A stretch of 64,000 nucleotides of DNA, taken from the NCBI GenBank assembly GCA_042566005.1, contig JBHORO010000001.1, forward strand, positions 9,823-73,822, given 5' to 3'. The number at the start of each line of letters is the position of its first letter. Within the stretch, counting starts at the first letter, position 1. This DNA is from Verrucomicrobiota bacterium (GTDB taxonomy: Bacteria > Verrucomicrobiota > Kiritimatiellia > Kiritimatiellales > JBHORO01). The position numbers and the translations under genes are program-made. The notes beneath the pieces are model-generated. The model was not told where the DNA came from, did no database searches, and saw only the letters and a list, made by a program, of their open reading frames with translations. Positions 10,393-28,301 of the stretch are shown in pieces.

Positions 10393-12531
10393 TTAGTACT
10401 GATTTAAAATTTTCGCCTGGAGGTTCTCAGGCACCACGTCGAACGAGTTCGGCTCCATGCTGTAACTCGCGCGACCTTTCGTTAATGATCTCAGGGTGGT
10501 GGAATAACCGAAGATCTCAGCGAGCGGTACAAGGGCAGAAACCATTTGTACATCACCGTGGGCATCAATCTTACGAATCTGCCCGCGTCTTGCGTTAATG
10601 TCACCCATCACATCGCCGAGGTATTCCTCCGGCGACTCGACCTCAACATCCATGATCGGTTCCAGCAGCACCGGCGCAGCCTCTGCCACCGCCTGGCGAA
10701 ACGCCATTACGGAAGCGGAGCGATATGCGATTTCGGTAGCGCTATCCTGTTCGTAGCTGCCAGCCGTTACAGTAACGGTCACATCTACCACCTGATAGTT
10801 GCCGAGCACGCCCGTCATCAGCGCATCTTCGATGCCCTGACGAACTGCCTCATGAAACTCTGTCGGGATCTCATCTGCGGACGCCTTGATAACGATTTCG
10901 CTACCTGCGCCACGCTTTTTCGGCGAAATTTCGAGCTCAACTCTGCCGAAGTTTCGAGCTCCGCCGATTTCTCTATCAAAAGAAAATCCTGCACGTCCGG
11001 CTGCCGAAACGCTTTCGCGATACGAAACCATCGGACGCCCCGCATTCGCCTGAACCTTAAACTCGCGCAGAACGCGATCTTTAATAATTTCCAGGTGAAG
11101 CTCGCCCATTCCGCTGATCAGCGTCTGACCCGTTTCCGAATCGGTGGAAATCACAAAAGTCGGATCCTCTTCCGACAGCGCCTTCAGGGCTCCCCGCAGG
11201 TTGTCGCTATCCGCTTTTGTTTTCGGCTCTACAGCCATCGAAATCACCGGGTCCGGGAACGTAATACTCTCCAGTGCAATCTGCGCCTCTTCCGAGCACA
11301 ACGTGTCGCCCGTTGTCGAATTTTTCAAACCGACAATTGCGCCGATCTCGCCCGTGTGAAGAACCTCGATATCCTCGCGGTCATTCGCATGCAGACGAAT
11401 CAAACGCATAACGCGCTCACGCTTTTTCGTGCGCGGATTGTAGACGTTCTGGCCTTTTTTCAGCATGCCTGAGTAGATACGGCAAAACGAAAGCTTACCC
11501 ACATACGGGTCGGTCGCGATTTTGAAGACCAACGAACTCAACGGTTCGAAGTCACTCGCCTCGCGCTCCTCAAGCGCTTCCGTTTTCGGATGAATCCCCT
11601 TAACGGCCGGAACATCGACCGGCGTCGGGAGATAATCCACCACCGCGTCCAGCAGCGGCTGAACACCTTTATTCTTCAGAGACGTACCACACAGCACACC
11701 TACCAGCTGATTGCTGCAAGTTGCGCTACGGATGCCTGCCACCAGAGTTTCCTCCGGCACTTCAGCCTCCTCCAGGTACACATCGAGGATGGTCTCATCA
11801 ACATCGGCCAGCGCCTCGATCATCTCTGCGCGTCGCATCTCTGCCTCATCCGCGTACTCTTCCGGGATGTCTCCGACAACCACATCGGCACCCATCTTGT
11901 CGTCACTGAACGTGATCGCTTTCATGCGAACAAGGTCAATCATTCCGACAAAATCTTCTTCGGCACCCATGGGCATCTGCAGAGCCACCGCCGGGGCTTT
12001 CAGGCGATCTCTCACTTGATCGATCACGTCATAAAAATCCGCCCCTTTACGATCCATCTTGTTGACGAAGGCAAGACGGGGGACATGATATTTATTGGCC
12101 TGACGCCATACGGTCTCGGACTGGGGCTGCACGCCGCCTACACCGCAGAAAACGCCCACTGCGCCATCAAGGACGCGAAGCGAACGCTCTACTTCCACTG
12201 TAAAGTCAACATGTCCCGGCGTATCAATAATGTTGATCTGCTGATCACGCCAGAAACAAGTCGTTGCCGCGCTTGTAATTGTAATGCCGCGTTCCTGTTC
12301 CTGGGCCATCCAGTCCATAGTGGCAGTGCCATCATGAACTTCCCCGATCTTATGGACGCGACCGCAGTAGAAAAGAATACGCTCTGTCGTAGTCGTCTTG
12401 CCGGCGTCAATATGGGCAATAATGCCAATATTACGCACCTCGCCCAATGCATACAGACGACCCTCCGCCTCACGCTGAGCGCTAGCAGGGGTTTTCGACT
12501 TTTTATGGGCTTTTTCTGACACGACAGACAT
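10393..12531 (-). CDS. fusA: translation elongation factor G
   Basis: 712-aa ORF with G-domain motifs [28 protein letters not shown] and NKMD. Located between rpsG and rpsJ. Confidence 0.97.
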   Translation of the reverse strand: MSVVSEKAHKKSKTPASAQREAEGRLYALGEVRNIGIIAHIDAGKTTTTERILFYCGRVHKIGEVHDGTATMDWMAQEQERGITITSAATTCFWRDQQINIIDTPGHVDFTVEVERSLRVLDGAVGVFCGVGGVQPQSETVWRQANKYHVPRLAFVNKMDRKGADFYDVIDQVRDRLKAPAVALQMPMGAEEDFVGMIDLVRMKAITFSDDKMGADVVVGDIPEEYADEAEMRRAEMIEALADVDETILDVYLEEAEVPEETLVAGIRSATCSNQLVGVLCGTSLKNKGVQPLLDAVVDYLPTPVDVPAVKGIHPKTEALEEREASDFEPLSSLVFKIATDPYVGKLSFCRIYSGMLKKGQNVYNPRTKKRERVMRLIRLHANDREDIEVLHTGEIGAIVGLKNSTTGDTLCSEEAQIALESITFPDPVISMAVEPKTKADSDNLRGALKALSEEDPTFVISTDSETGQTLISGMGELHLEIIKDRVLREFKVQANAGRPMVSYRESVSAAGRAGFSFDREIGGARNFGRVELEISPKKRGAGSEIVIKASADEIPTEFHEAVRQGIEDALMTGVLGNYQVVDVTVTVTAGSYEQDSATEIAYRSASVMAFRQAVAEAAPVLLEPIMDVEVESPEEYLGDVMGDINARRGQIRKIDAHGDVQMVSALVPLAEIFGYSTTLRSLTKGRASYSMEPNSFDVVPENLQAKILNQY

Positions 12532-12549
12532 CTTCTCTACTTACTTAAA

Positions 12550-13020
12550 TTACCAACGGTAGTGTGCGAATGCTTTGTTAGCCTGCGCCATACGGTGTGT
12601 GTCGTCACGCTTCTTAACAGCAGCGCCCTGACCTTTGTATGCGTCCAGCAGCTCGTTACCGAGGGCTGCCTGCATTTTTACACCTTTACGACCCTGGGAG
12701 TAACCAATCAACCAACGCATAGCCAGTGCAACCTGACGGTCACGGGAAACTTCCATCGGGACCTGATATGTAGCACCACCCACACGGCGGGATTTAACTT
12801 CCAGCTTCGGCTTAACATTTTCAAGAGCGCGCTCGAATACGTCCAGTGCGTCATCGCCCGTTTTCGCTGCAATGAAATCCATTGCGCCGTAAACGATACC
12901 AGCCGCAGTAGATTTTTTACCGCGCTCCATCACATTGTTAATCATTTTGGAAACCAGCACGCTGTTGAAGCGAGGATCCGGATCCACCATACGTTTTTCT
13001 GCTCTGCGCCTTCTAGCCAT
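12550..13020 (-). CDS. rpsG: 30S ribosomal protein S7 (uS7)
   Basis: 156-aa ORF beginning MARRRRAEKR, with VKSRRVGGATYQVP, ending FAHYRW. Confidence 0.96.
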   Translation of the reverse strand: MARRRRAEKRMVDPDPRFNSVLVSKMINNVMERGKKSTAAGIVYGAMDFIAAKTGDDALDVFERALENVKPKLEVKSRRVGGATYQVPMEVSRDRQVALAMRWLIGYSQGRKGVKMQAALGNELLDAYKGQGAAVKKRDDTHRMAQANKAFAHYRW

Positions 13021-13034
13021 AGCAATTCCTTATA

Positions 13035-13406
13035 TTATTTAGGACGTTTAGCACCGTACTTAGAACGGCCCTGTCTACGATCCTTAACACCCTGAGTATC
13101 GAGCGCACCACGAACGATGTGATAACGCACACCCGGCAAGTCTTTTACTCGACCGCCGCGCACCAGCACCATGCTGTGCTCCTGCAGGTTGTGGCCTTCA
13201 CCACCAATGTATGCTGTCACTTCGAAACCGTTCGTCAGACGAACACGTGCTACTTTACGCAACGCGGAGTTCGGCTTTTTCGGCGTCATAGTCTTTACGA
13301 GCAAACATACACCACGACGCTGCGGGCAAGACTGCAGCGCCGGTGACTTGGTTTTCTTAACCTGTGCCACGCGTCCTTTACGGACTAACTGATTAATAGT
13401 CGGCAT
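13035..13406 (-). CDS. rpsL: 30S ribosomal protein S12 (uS12)
   Basis: 123-aa ORF with [12 protein letters not shown] and [19 protein letters not shown]. Confidence 0.97.
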   Translation of the reverse strand: MPTINQLVRKGRVAQVKKTKSPALQSCPQRRGVCLLVKTMTPKKPNSALRKVARVRLTNGFEVTAYIGGEGHNLQEHSMVLVRGGRVKDLPGVRYHIVRGALDTQGVKDRRQGRSKYGAKRPK

Positions 13407-13424
13407 ATTTTTTCCTTATATTTA

Positions 13425-13459
13425 CAGACAAAGAGCGGGGACACTACCTGAGAGTCCCC
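13425..13459 (-). terminator. GC-rich hairpin after rpoC (possible partial terminator or processing site ahead of rpsL)
   Basis: On the minus strand, GGGGAC-(11 nt)-GTCCCC (plus-strand 13437-13442 and 13454-13459) is followed by the moderately T-rich GCTCTTTGTCTG. It sits in the 72-nt rpoC-rpsL spacer. Confidence 0.3.
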
Positions 13460-13478
13460 ACCCTATGCAAGCTGAAGA

Positions 13479-17624
<4,146 letters not shown>

Positions 17625-17644
17625 AATAAACCTCCTGAATCCGG

Positions 17645-21436
<3,792 letters not shown>

Positions 21437-21467
21437 CGCGCCCCCTATAGGTAATTATAGGTTTCAG

Positions 21468-21508
21468 TAAAAAAGAAAACATCGCACCCCTTGCAATAAG
21501 GGGTGCGA
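21468..21508 (-). terminator. rho-independent terminator or attenuator between rplL and rpoB
   Basis: On the minus strand, CGCACCCCTT-ATTGC-AAGGGGTGCG forms a 10-bp stem (plus-strand 21483-21507). It is followed by ATGTTTTCTTTTTT. It sits in the 130-nt rplL-rpoB spacer. Confidence 0.7.
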
Positions 21509-21566
21509 AGACGGTCAATACCGCCACGTTCTATTGTCAATAAGTGGTTCCGTTTGGAACAGTAAC

Positions 21567-21974
21567 TTATTTAACTTCGATGCTTGCGCCAACAGCTTCG
21601 AGCTTAGACTTGATGTCTTCAGCTTCGTCTTTGGACGCGCCTTCTTTGACCGGTGCCGGAGCGCCGTCAACCAGGGCTTTAGCTTCTTTCAGACCCAGGC
21701 CAGTGATAGCACGCAGCTCTTTGATCACCTGGATTTTTTTGTCGCCAGCAGCAACCAGAACTACGTCAAATTCAGTTTTCTCAGCAGCAGCTTCTGCACC
21801 GCCAGCAGCCGGAGCAGCAGCAACAGCTACAGCCGGAGCAGCAGCAGTTACGCCCAGACGATCTTCCAGAGCTTCAACCAGCTGAGACAGCTCGAGTACG
21901 GAGATAGTTTCAACCCAATCAACGAACTCAGCCATTTTACCTTCGAGTACGATTTCTTTTGTTTCTTCGCTCAT
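21567..21974 (-). CDS. rplL: 50S ribosomal protein L7/L12 (bL12)
   Basis: 135-aa ORF with an Ala-rich hinge ([21 protein letters not shown]) and the C-terminal domain [23 protein letters not shown]. Confidence 0.96.
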   Translation of the reverse strand: MSEETKEIVLEGKMAEFVDWVETISVLELSQLVEALEDRLGVTAAAPAVAVAAAPAAGGAEAAAEKTEFDVVLVAAGDKKIQVIKELRAITGLGLKEAKALVDGAPAPVKEGASKDEAEDIKSKLEAVGASIEVK

Positions 21975-22007
21975 TTTTAGCCTCCTAAGACAATTACTTA
22001 ATTTAAA

Positions 22008-22541
22008 TTATGCTTCTTCTTTTTTACGCTGCACAGCAGCCAGTACATATACCAGGCTCGCAACTTTCTGATCCATTACACCAACGAGGTTCGTCATCGG
22101 TGCTGCCAGTGTTCCCACCAACTTGCTCTGCAGTACTTCCTTCGGCGGAAGTTCGGCCAAAGCCTTCACATCATTCGCAGAGAGACATTTGCCTTCGAAG
22201 GCACCACCCTTGAGGGAGCGCGCTTCACCAGCGGCCGCGAACGTTTTCAGAATCTTGGCAACTTCGACTACGTCACCGGAACCGGTAACCATGCCAGTCT
22301 GACCCTTCAGAGCTTCCTCATTCAGGCCCAGTTCCATCCCTTCAGCAACTTTGCCGAAGAGGCGATTCTTCACAATGTGAAATTCTGCATCTGCGCCACG
22401 CAGCTGAGTGCGCAGGTCGTTTGTAGCAGACATGTCCAAGCCGTTAAAGTCGGCAAGAAGGACATACAGGGAGCCGGAGATCTTATCTTTCAGCTCTGCC
22501 GCCATGGCCTGCTTTTCAGGTCTGATATTTTTGTTAGTCAT
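22008..22541 (-). CDS. rplJ: 50S ribosomal protein L10 (uL10)
   Basis: 177-aa ORF located between rplA and rplL, with uL10-like sequence (LRTQLRGADAEFHIVKNRL). Confidence 0.93.
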   Translation of the reverse strand: MTNKNIRPEKQAMAAELKDKISGSLYVLLADFNGLDMSATNDLRTQLRGADAEFHIVKNRLFGKVAEGMELGLNEEALKGQTGMVTGSGDVVEVAKILKTFAAAGEARSLKGGAFEGKCLSANDVKALAELPPKEVLQSKLVGTLAAPMTNLVGVMDQKVASLVYVLAAVQRKKEEA

Positions 22542-22555
22542 TATATCACTCCCCT

Positions 22556-23257
22556 TTACAGTGCCGTTGCGTATTCGCGGTTAACAACCTGCAGACCCGG
22601 GCCCATTGTGCTCGAGATTGTGCAACGCTTGATGTAAGTACCTTTTGCTGCCGCCGGTCTAGCCGCGTTAAGCGCTTCAATAATCGCTTTGCAGTTTTCA
22701 GCCAGAGCCGCTACTTCGAAGGAACGCTTACCGAACGGAACCAGCACGTTGCCGTGACGATCCATACGGAACTCAACGCGACCCGCCTGCAGCTGCTTAA
22801 CAGCAGAAGCAGTGTCTGCTGTAACCGTACCCGTTTTCGGGTTCGGCATCAGACCACGCGGACCGAGGACACGAGCCGCTTTGCGCACTTCTTTCATTGC
22901 ATCCGGAGTTGCAACTGCAGCGTCAAAGTCAGTCCAGCCGCCCATTACCTTAGCAATCAGATCTTCGAAACCGACTTCCATTGCACCAGCAGCGCGAGCC
23001 GCTTCAGCAGCTTCACCTGTTGCGAAAACGATGATGCGAACATCTTTACCCGTACCGTTCGGCAGAGCCACTGTTGAGCGGATAGCCTGGTCGGATTTAG
23101 TCGGATCAACGCCCATACGGAACGCGATTTCCATCGTTTCGTCAAAGTTTGCGGTCGGGTTATCTTTCAGAAAACTGATCGCTTCTTCCACAGAGTACTC
23201 AGCACCAGCTGCGAGCTTCTCTGCGACTGCCAGATATTTTTTACCTTGCTTAGCCAT
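22556..23257 (-). CDS. rplA: 50S ribosomal protein L1 (uL1)
   Basis: 233-aa ORF with [18 protein letters not shown] and LGPRGLMPNPKTGTVT. Its start overlaps the rplK stop by 1 nt. Confidence 0.96.
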   Translation of the reverse strand: MAKQGKKYLAVAEKLAAGAEYSVEEAISFLKDNPTANFDETMEIAFRMGVDPTKSDQAIRSTVALPNGTGKDVRIIVFATGEAAEAARAAGAMEVGFEDLIAKVMGGWTDFDAAVATPDAMKEVRKAARVLGPRGLMPNPKTGTVTADTASAVKQLQAGRVEFRMDRHGNVLVPFGKRSFEVAALAENCKAIIEALNAARPAAAKGTYIKRCTISSTMGPGLQVVNREYATAL

Positions 23258-23682
23258 TAGCCTTCCACCTCAATACCCATGCTGCGAGCCGTACCAGCGA
23301 TCATCATCACTGCTGCGTCCACATCGTTAGCGTTCAAGTCGTTCATTTTCATCTGCGCGATTTCCTCGAGCTGTGCGCGGGTAACTTTCGCTACTTTGTC
23401 ACGGTTCGGGACGCCAGACCCCTTAGCAATTCCTGCAGCTTTTTTCAGCAGCACGGCAGCGGGCGGGGACTTAGTAATGAAGGTGAATGAACGGTCTTCG
23501 TATACCGTAATCACGACCGGAATAATCATTCCGGCTTTGTCCTGCGTAGCCGCATTGAAGGCTTTGCAGAAGTCCATGATGTTCACACCCTTCTGACCAA
23601 GTGCCGGACCAACCGGCGGTGCCGGGTTTGCCTGTCCTGCAGGAATCTGGAGCTTAATAAGCCCTGATACTTTCTTCGCCAT
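23257..23682 (-). CDS. rplK: 50S ribosomal protein L11 (uL11)
   Basis: 141-aa ORF with [34 protein letters not shown]. Confidence 0.97.
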   Translation of the reverse strand: MAKKVSGLIKLQIPAGQANPAPPVGPALGQKGVNIMDFCKAFNAATQDKAGMIIPVVITVYEDRSFTFITKSPPAAVLLKKAAGIAKGSGVPNRDKVAKVTRAQLEEIAQMKMNDLNANDVDAAVMMIAGTARSMGIEVEG

Positions 23683-23696
23683 CAGTATCTCCTAAA

Positions 23697-24266
23697 TTAT
23701 GTACGTTCTACCTGCCAGTATTCCAACTCTACCGGAGCGTTACGTCCGAAGATAGAAACCGAAACCTTGAGTTTACCTCGTTCCGGATCCACTTCTTCAA
23801 TAACACCGTTAAAGTTGAGAAACGGCCCGTCATTGATTTTGACAGTCTCGCCCACTTCGTAGAGGACTTTCGGCGCGACTGTCTCTTTCTTATCTTCAAC
23901 CTGGCAACGGATTGCATCCACTTCATCCTGCCGGAGAGGCGCCGGCCGCTCACCACCCACGAAACCAATCACGGACGGTGTTTCCTGAATGAAGTACCAG
24001 GTCTTTTCCACAAAATTCTTATCTTCGTCGTACAGGGCACAATTGACCCAGACGTAGCCAGGGAAGAGCTTGCGCTTCGTTGTCTTGCGCTTTCCCTGTT
24101 TCACATCGGAAACCACTTCCGTGGGAACCAATACGTAGTCGCCTTCTTCACTCACCTGGCCGACATAATCCTCCATGCCTTCCTGGCGAACACGACTCGC
24201 AATATTATCGCGCACCTTGTACTCGTGCCCAGAGAGTGTGTGTAACACAAACCACTGCTTTTCCAT
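23697..24266 (-). CDS. nusG: transcription termination/antitermination factor NusG
   Basis: Has the NGN domain start MEKQWFVLHTLSGHEYKV and a C-terminal KOW (GETVKINDGPFLNFNGVIEEV). The ATG at 24266 is preferred to the ORF-track start at 24302, which would overlap secE. Confidence 0.94.
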   Translation of the reverse strand: MEKQWFVLHTLSGHEYKVRDNIASRVRQEGMEDYVGQVSEEGDYVLVPTEVVSDVKQGKRKTTKRKLFPGYVWVNCALYDEDKNFVEKTWYFIQETPSVIGFVGGERPAPLRQDEVDAIRCQVEDKKETVAPKVLYEVGETVKINDGPFLNFNGVIEEVDPERGKLKVSVSIFGRNAPVELEYWQVERT

Positions 24267-24291
24267 GATAGAGCCTTCCCGTTGCGCGCGA

Positions 24292-24507
24292 TTATTTCGC
24301 AATATTCAACAGCCCGTCAAAAACGGACCAGTTCAGCACCAGATCACAACATCCGATGTAGGCAGAAAGCAGCACCACAGACACAACCACAACAATCGTG
24401 GACCCGCGCAGTTCACCCCACGTCGGCCACGCACACTTTTTCATCTCGGCATGGACTTCTGCAAAGAAACCACGGATCCGGTTGTAAACTTCTGCAACTT
24501 TACTCAC
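24292..24507 (-). CDS. secE: preprotein translocase subunit SecE
   Basis: Single-TM small protein with VAWPTW-like KCAWPTWGEL followed by TIVVVVSVVLLSAYIG. The ORF-track start at 24567 would run into tRNA-Trp. The GTG at 24505-24507 has AAGGGG upstream and gives 71 aa. Confidence 0.85.
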   Translation of the reverse strand: MSKVAEVYNRIRGFFAEVHAEMKKCAWPTWGELRGSTIVVVVSVVLLSAYIGCCDLVLNWSVFDGLLNIAK

Positions 24508-24534
24508 TTCACTACCCCTTAAAGAGCAAAAAAC

Positions 24535-24610
24535 TGGCAGGCCAGGAGGGAGTCGAACCCCCAACACCCGGTTTTGGAGACCGGTGCTCTGCCAATTGAA
24601 CTACTGGCCT
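24535..24610 (-). tRNA. tRNA-Trp (anticodon CCA)
   Basis: The minus-strand sequence AGGCCAG...CCGGT-CTCCAAA-ACCGG...CTGGCCTGCCA folds as a cloverleaf. The anticodon loop is CT-CCA-AA and the CCA end is encoded. Located between rpmG and secE. Confidence 0.93.
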
Positions 24611-24621
24611 GCAAAAATTGA

Positions 24622-24771
24622 TTACTTAATTTCGCGATGTACTGTGTGCTTACGATCGAAGCGACAGTACTTCTTCAGCTCAAGACGACCCTGAGCGAGT
24701 TTTTTATTTTTCGTCGTTGTATAGTTACGACGCTTGCACTCCTGGCAAGCCAATGTGATGATTTCACGCAT
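24622..24771 (-). CDS. rpmG: 50S ribosomal protein L33 (bL33)
   Basis: Hand-translated 49-aa ORF, below the track's size cutoff: [49 protein letters not shown]. This is an L33 signature, and the position between tuf and tRNA-Trp/secE fits. Confidence 0.9.
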   Translation of the reverse strand: MREIITLACQECKRRNYTTTKNKKLAQGRLELKKYCRFDRKHTVHREIK

Positions 24772-24800
24772 CGTAAATTCCTCGAATTATTCGAAGCTGA

Positions 24801-24826
24801 AGGGCGGCCCGTTAGCGAGCCGCCCT
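24801..24826 (-). other. stem-loop in the tuf-rpmG spacer
   Basis: AGGGCGGC ... GCCGCCCT forms an 8-bp GC stem with a 10-nt loop. No convincing T-run follows on the minus strand, so its role as terminator or processing site is uncertain. Confidence 0.3.
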
Positions 24827-24842
24827 CTTTGCTTGGTCAAAG

Positions 24843-26042
24843 TTATGCAACAACTTCTGTTACACGACCCGCACCAACCGTACGACCACCCTCACGGATA
24901 GCGAAACGCATGTGCTGTTCCATTGCGATCGGAACGATCAGTGTAACTTCCATAGCAACATTGTCACCCGGCATTACCATCTCAACGCCTTCCGGCAGTG
25001 TGATGTCACCAGTTACGTCAGTTGTACGGAAGTAGAACTGCGGACGGTAACCTTTGAAGAACGGAGTATGACGACCACCCTCTTCTTTGGACAGAACGTA
25101 TACTTCGCCTTTGAACTGGGTGTGCGGAGAAACAGAGCCCGGCTTACAAAGAACCTGACCACGCTGAACGTCTTCTTTCTTAACACCACGCAGCAGTGCG
25201 CCGATGTTGTCGCCAGCCTGACCTTCGTCGAGGAGCTTACGGAACATTTCAACACCAGTACATGTAGTAGTCGCAGTGTCTTTCAGACCAACGATCTCGA
25301 TGTTGTCACCAACGTGAATAACACCACGCTCAACACGACCAGTTACAACTGTACCACGACCCTCGATAGAGAATACGTCTTCCACCGGCATCAGGAAAGC
25401 CTGGTCCGTAATACGCTCCGGCTCCGGAATGTGAGAGTCAAGCGCGTCCATGAGTTCCTGAATGCACTCACCACCCGCACCAGACGGATCAGCGATAGCG
25501 CCTGTAGCAGAACCGCGGATGAACGGACAGTCAGCCGGGAAGTCATACTTCTCGAGCAGTTCCTGAATTTCCATCTCTACGAGCTCAAGCAGCTCTTCGT
25601 CGTCAACCAGGTCACATTTGTTCAAGAACACAACGATCGCCGGAACACCAACCTGACGCGCCAGCAGAATGTGCTCACGAGTCTGCGGCATCGGACCGTC
25701 AGCTGCAGAACAAACCAAAATTGCGCCGTCCATCTGAGCAGCACCAGTAATCATGTTTTTAACGTAGTCGGCGTGGCCCGGGCAGTCAACGTGAGCGTAG
25801 TGACGGTTGTCAGACTCGTACTCAACGTGAGATGTTGAGATAGTCATAATCTTTGTCGCGTCACGACGACCCTGAGATTCGTCAGCCTTTGCAACATCAT
25901 CATACGCGATGTACTCAGCCATACCTTTAGAACCCTGCACGCAAGTAATTGCAGCAGTAGTTGTTGTTTTACCATGGTCAACGTGACCAATTGTGCCCAC
26001 GTTAACGTGCGGCTTTGTCCGTTCGAACTTATCTTTAGCCAT
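24843..26042 (-). CDS. tuf: translation elongation factor Tu
   Basis: 399-aa ORF with [35 protein letters not shown] and NKCD. Confidence 0.98.
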   Translation of the reverse strand: MAKDKFERTKPHVNVGTIGHVDHGKTTTTAAITCVQGSKGMAEYIAYDDVAKADESQGRRDATKIMTISTSHVEYESDNRHYAHVDCPGHADYVKNMITGAAQMDGAILVCSAADGPMPQTREHILLARQVGVPAIVVFLNKCDLVDDEELLELVEMEIQELLEKYDFPADCPFIRGSATGAIADPSGAGGECIQELMDALDSHIPEPERITDQAFLMPVEDVFSIEGRGTVVTGRVERGVIHVGDNIEIVGLKDTATTTCTGVEMFRKLLDEGQAGDNIGALLRGVKKEDVQRGQVLCKPGSVSPHTQFKGEVYVLSKEEGGRHTPFFKGYRPQFYFRTTDVTGDITLPEGVEMVMPGDNVAMEVTLIVPIAMEQHMRFAIREGGRTVGAGRVTEVVA

Positions 26043-26079
26043 TTTAGGATCCTCCTACCTAATTACCCTAAACATACAA

Positions 26080-26154
<75 letters not shown>

Positions 26155-26292
26155 AAAATCCCTAAGCGCGCTCCCCTATTTCACCACGCCACACATCCAA
26201 ATTCGATGGCGACCCAGTAAGCGTAGCGCTTACTCCTACTCTATTTCTTTACTCAAAAAACAGATAAAAATTCTATTTTATCCAAAAAACCC

Positions 26293-26340
26293 GAGATCAA
26301 GACGCCTCTCTGTGATCGCATCTTGATTCCCGTTCTTTTT
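26293..26340. other. weak hairpin flanked by an A-run and a T-run in the tRNA-Thr/trpD intergenic region
   Basis: ATCAAGA (26296-26302) pairs with TCTTGAT (26321-26327) across an 18-nt loop. It is preceded by CCAAAAAACCC and followed by CCCGTTCTTTTTCT. It could be a bidirectional terminator or insulator, or a trpD leader element. Confidence 0.3.
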
Positions 26341-26445
26341 CTATGTTATGCGTATCCACTGTCTAAACGGTTTTCTACGCAAAGAGCGGACACATTAGCT
26401 AAATGAGGAAACGTGTCAACCCAATTTAAAAAAAAAGAGAGCAAC

Positions 26446-27465
26446 ATGACTCACATCCAGAATTCCATTAAATCCGTACTTGCAGGCAATACCCTCTCCC
26501 AAAAAGAGGCCTTCAATTCTATCAAAGAAATCATGAACGGCGAGGCTACCGACGCCCAAATCGGCGCCTTCATTGCCGCCACCCGCATGGCCGGCATCAC
26601 CCCGGCCCTCATCGCAGGCGCCGCCCAGGCCATGCGCAACAACATGCGCCCGGTGAAATCGCCCGACCCCATCACGGTCGACATCGTCGGCACCGGCGGC
26701 GACGGCGCGCATACCTTCAACATATCCACATCGTCCGCCTTCGTTATCGCCGGCGCGGGCGTCACCGTCGCCAAGCACGGCTCATACGGAGTCTCCAGCA
26801 AATGCGGCAGCGCCAACGTTCAATCCGAGCTCGGCATCAACATTCAGTACAGCCCGGAAAAGATGGAAGAGGCCCTCGAAAAAATCGGTATCGCCTTCCT
26901 CTTCGCACCCGGCCTGCACCCCGCCATGAAAAACGTGATCGGACCGCGACGCGAACTCGGTGCCTGGAGCCTCTTCAATATTCTCGGCCCGCTCTGCAAC
27001 CCGGCGAGCGCGCGCTACGGCATGCTGGGCGTTTTCTCTGAAGAACTCGTTCCGGTTGTCGCCGACGCCTGTATCGAGCTCGACATGAAACATGTCTATG
27101 TTGTCCACGGGCAGGACGGCCTCGACGAACTCTCCATCAGCGCACCGAGCACCGTCACACTCGTCAAAGACGGCAAAACCGAAAACATGACCGTCACCCC
27201 CGAAGAATTCGGCCTGAAAACCGCCGACATCAGAGAGCTCGTCGGCGGCGAGCCGGCCGAAAACGCACAGATCGTGCGCGACTTGTTCTCCGGAAAAATT
27301 CAGGGACCAAAGCGCGATGTCGTATTGCTTAACTCCGCCTTCGCCATCGTCTCTGCCGGCAAAGCCGAGACCATTGAAGAAGGAATCAAGGCGGCCGCCC
27401 TCTCTATCGACTCCGGTGCCGCCCTCTCCAAACTCGACCAGCTCGTCGAACTGTCCAATAGCTAA
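26446..27465 (+). CDS. trpD: anthranilate phosphoribosyltransferase
   Basis: Contains TrpD motifs GEATDAQIGAFIAATRMAGIT, VDIVGTGGDGAHTFNIST and KHGSYGVSSKCGSA. The ATG at 26446 gives a typical length. An in-frame GTG at 26413 is also possible. Confidence 0.92.
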   Translation: MTHIQNSIKSVLAGNTLSQKEAFNSIKEIMNGEATDAQIGAFIAATRMAGITPALIAGAAQAMRNNMRPVKSPDPITVDIVGTGGDGAHTFNISTSSAFVIAGAGVTVAKHGSYGVSSKCGSANVQSELGINIQYSPEKMEEALEKIGIAFLFAPGLHPAMKNVIGPRRELGAWSLFNILGPLCNPASARYGMLGVFSEELVPVVADACIELDMKHVYVVHGQDGLDELSISAPSTVTLVKDGKTENMTVTPEEFGLKTADIRELVGGEPAENAQIVRDLFSGKIQGPKRDVVLLNSAFAIVSAGKAETIEEGIKAAALSIDSGAALSKLDQLVELSNS

Positions 27466-27500
27466 AAGAAAGGGCTGCCCGCCGCGGGGCACACTCACTA

Positions 27501-27534
27501 AAAAGGCAGAACTCTCGTTCTGCCTTTTCTTTTA
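27501..27534. terminator. bidirectional rho-independent terminator between trpD and dgkA
   Basis: AAAAGGCAGAAC-TCTC-GTTCTGCCTTTT forms a perfect 12-bp stem including its A/T flanks, followed by CTTTT. It lies between convergent genes. Confidence 0.8.
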
Positions 27535-27559
27535 CCAGCCTTAATTGCGCGCCTGACGA

Positions 27560-27958
27560 TCAGCCACCCCAGCATCTGGCAATCAGGTGCGGCATCAAAA
27601 TCAGCATTGCAATAATCACCGAAGCAATCGCCGCAATCAACACTCCGCCCGCTGCCACATCCTTCGCCTTTTTAACCTCCGGGTGCTCCTCTGGAATCAC
27701 CGCGTCCGCCAGAAACTCCATCGCCGTATTCAACGCCTCGGCCGACAGCACCGCCATCATCGCCAGCACCAGCACAGCCCATTCCATTCGTGACACCTCA
27801 AGCCAAAACCCGAAACCACAGACAGCCACAATCGCAACGCAATGCACCCAGGCGTTATACTGTGTCAACATGAGCGTCCGCACCCCCTCCAGCGCAAACC
27901 CAATACTCCGAACTCGTGCTTTCACCGAAAATTTTCCGCGCCCACGATGTGCTTCCAT
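27560..27958 (-). CDS. dgkA: diacylglycerol kinase / undecaprenol kinase family membrane protein
   Basis: 132-aa ORF with three TM segments and DgkA-like motifs (RSIGFALEGVRTL, LSAEALNTAMEFLAD, KDVAAGGVL). Confidence 0.85.
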   Translation of the reverse strand: MEAHRGRGKFSVKARVRSIGFALEGVRTLMLTQYNAWVHCVAIVAVCGFGFWLEVSRMEWAVLVLAMMAVLSAEALNTAMEFLADAVIPEEHPEVKKAKDVAAGGVLIAAIASVIIAMLILMPHLIARCWGG

Positions 27959-28058
27959 ATCGCCCCCTCCTGTCGTGCAAGGCTATCACCCTCACCGCTG
28001 ACGCACGAACAAATATATTGCTCAAAGCCGCACACTTCGCTTTATTCAAGTTCCCTTC

Positions 28059-28148
28059 GGAGGGTTGGCAGAGTCCGGTTGAATGCGCACGACTCGAAAT
28101 CGTGTGGGCGCTTGCGTCCCGTGGGTTCGAATCCCACACCCTCCGCCA
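28059..28148 (+). tRNA. tRNA-Ser (anticodon CGA)
   Basis: GGAGGGTTGGCAGAGTCCGGTTGAATGCGCACGACTCGAAATCGTG...GGGTTCGAATCCCACACCCTCCGCCA. The anticodon loop is CT-CGA-AA, a long variable arm marks it as class II, and the CCA end is encoded. Confidence 0.93.
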
Positions 28149-28301
28149 CTTTACCCCTAAAGCAAACGTCGATCCCAAAGCTATTCGAACCTCGGGCCCG
28201 AGCCGACCAAAAGTAGCGAGCATTGCGCGGAACTTGTCAAAAGGCATCCATCTGCTACTTTAGAGACGGAACAACATATGGCCCAAGCCGAGGGAGGCCC
28301 A

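Noticed and set aside
24097-24116. A parS-like half-site, TGTTTCAC followed by ...GAAAC, which could serve the orphan ParA. A similar TGTTTCACGATA occurs near 18410.
   Set aside because: Only half of the 16-bp TGTTTCACGTGAAACA palindrome is present. Both lie inside conserved coding sequence (nusG, rpoB), far from parA. They are most likely chance matches.
24637-25035. A 132-aa plus-strand ORF from the track that spans the rpmG/tuf junction.
   Set aside because: It overlaps the 3' end of tuf and the clearly recognisable 49-aa L33 gene on the minus strand. Its own sequence is featureless.
26161-26445. A classical trp leader-peptide attenuator, T-box riboswitch or TRAP-binding array upstream of trpD.
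   Set aside because: No small ORF has tandem TGG codons (only ATG GCG ACC CAG TAA). There is no T-box consensus and no spaced GAG/TAG repeats. Only a weak AT-rich hairpin remains, which I reported at low confidence.
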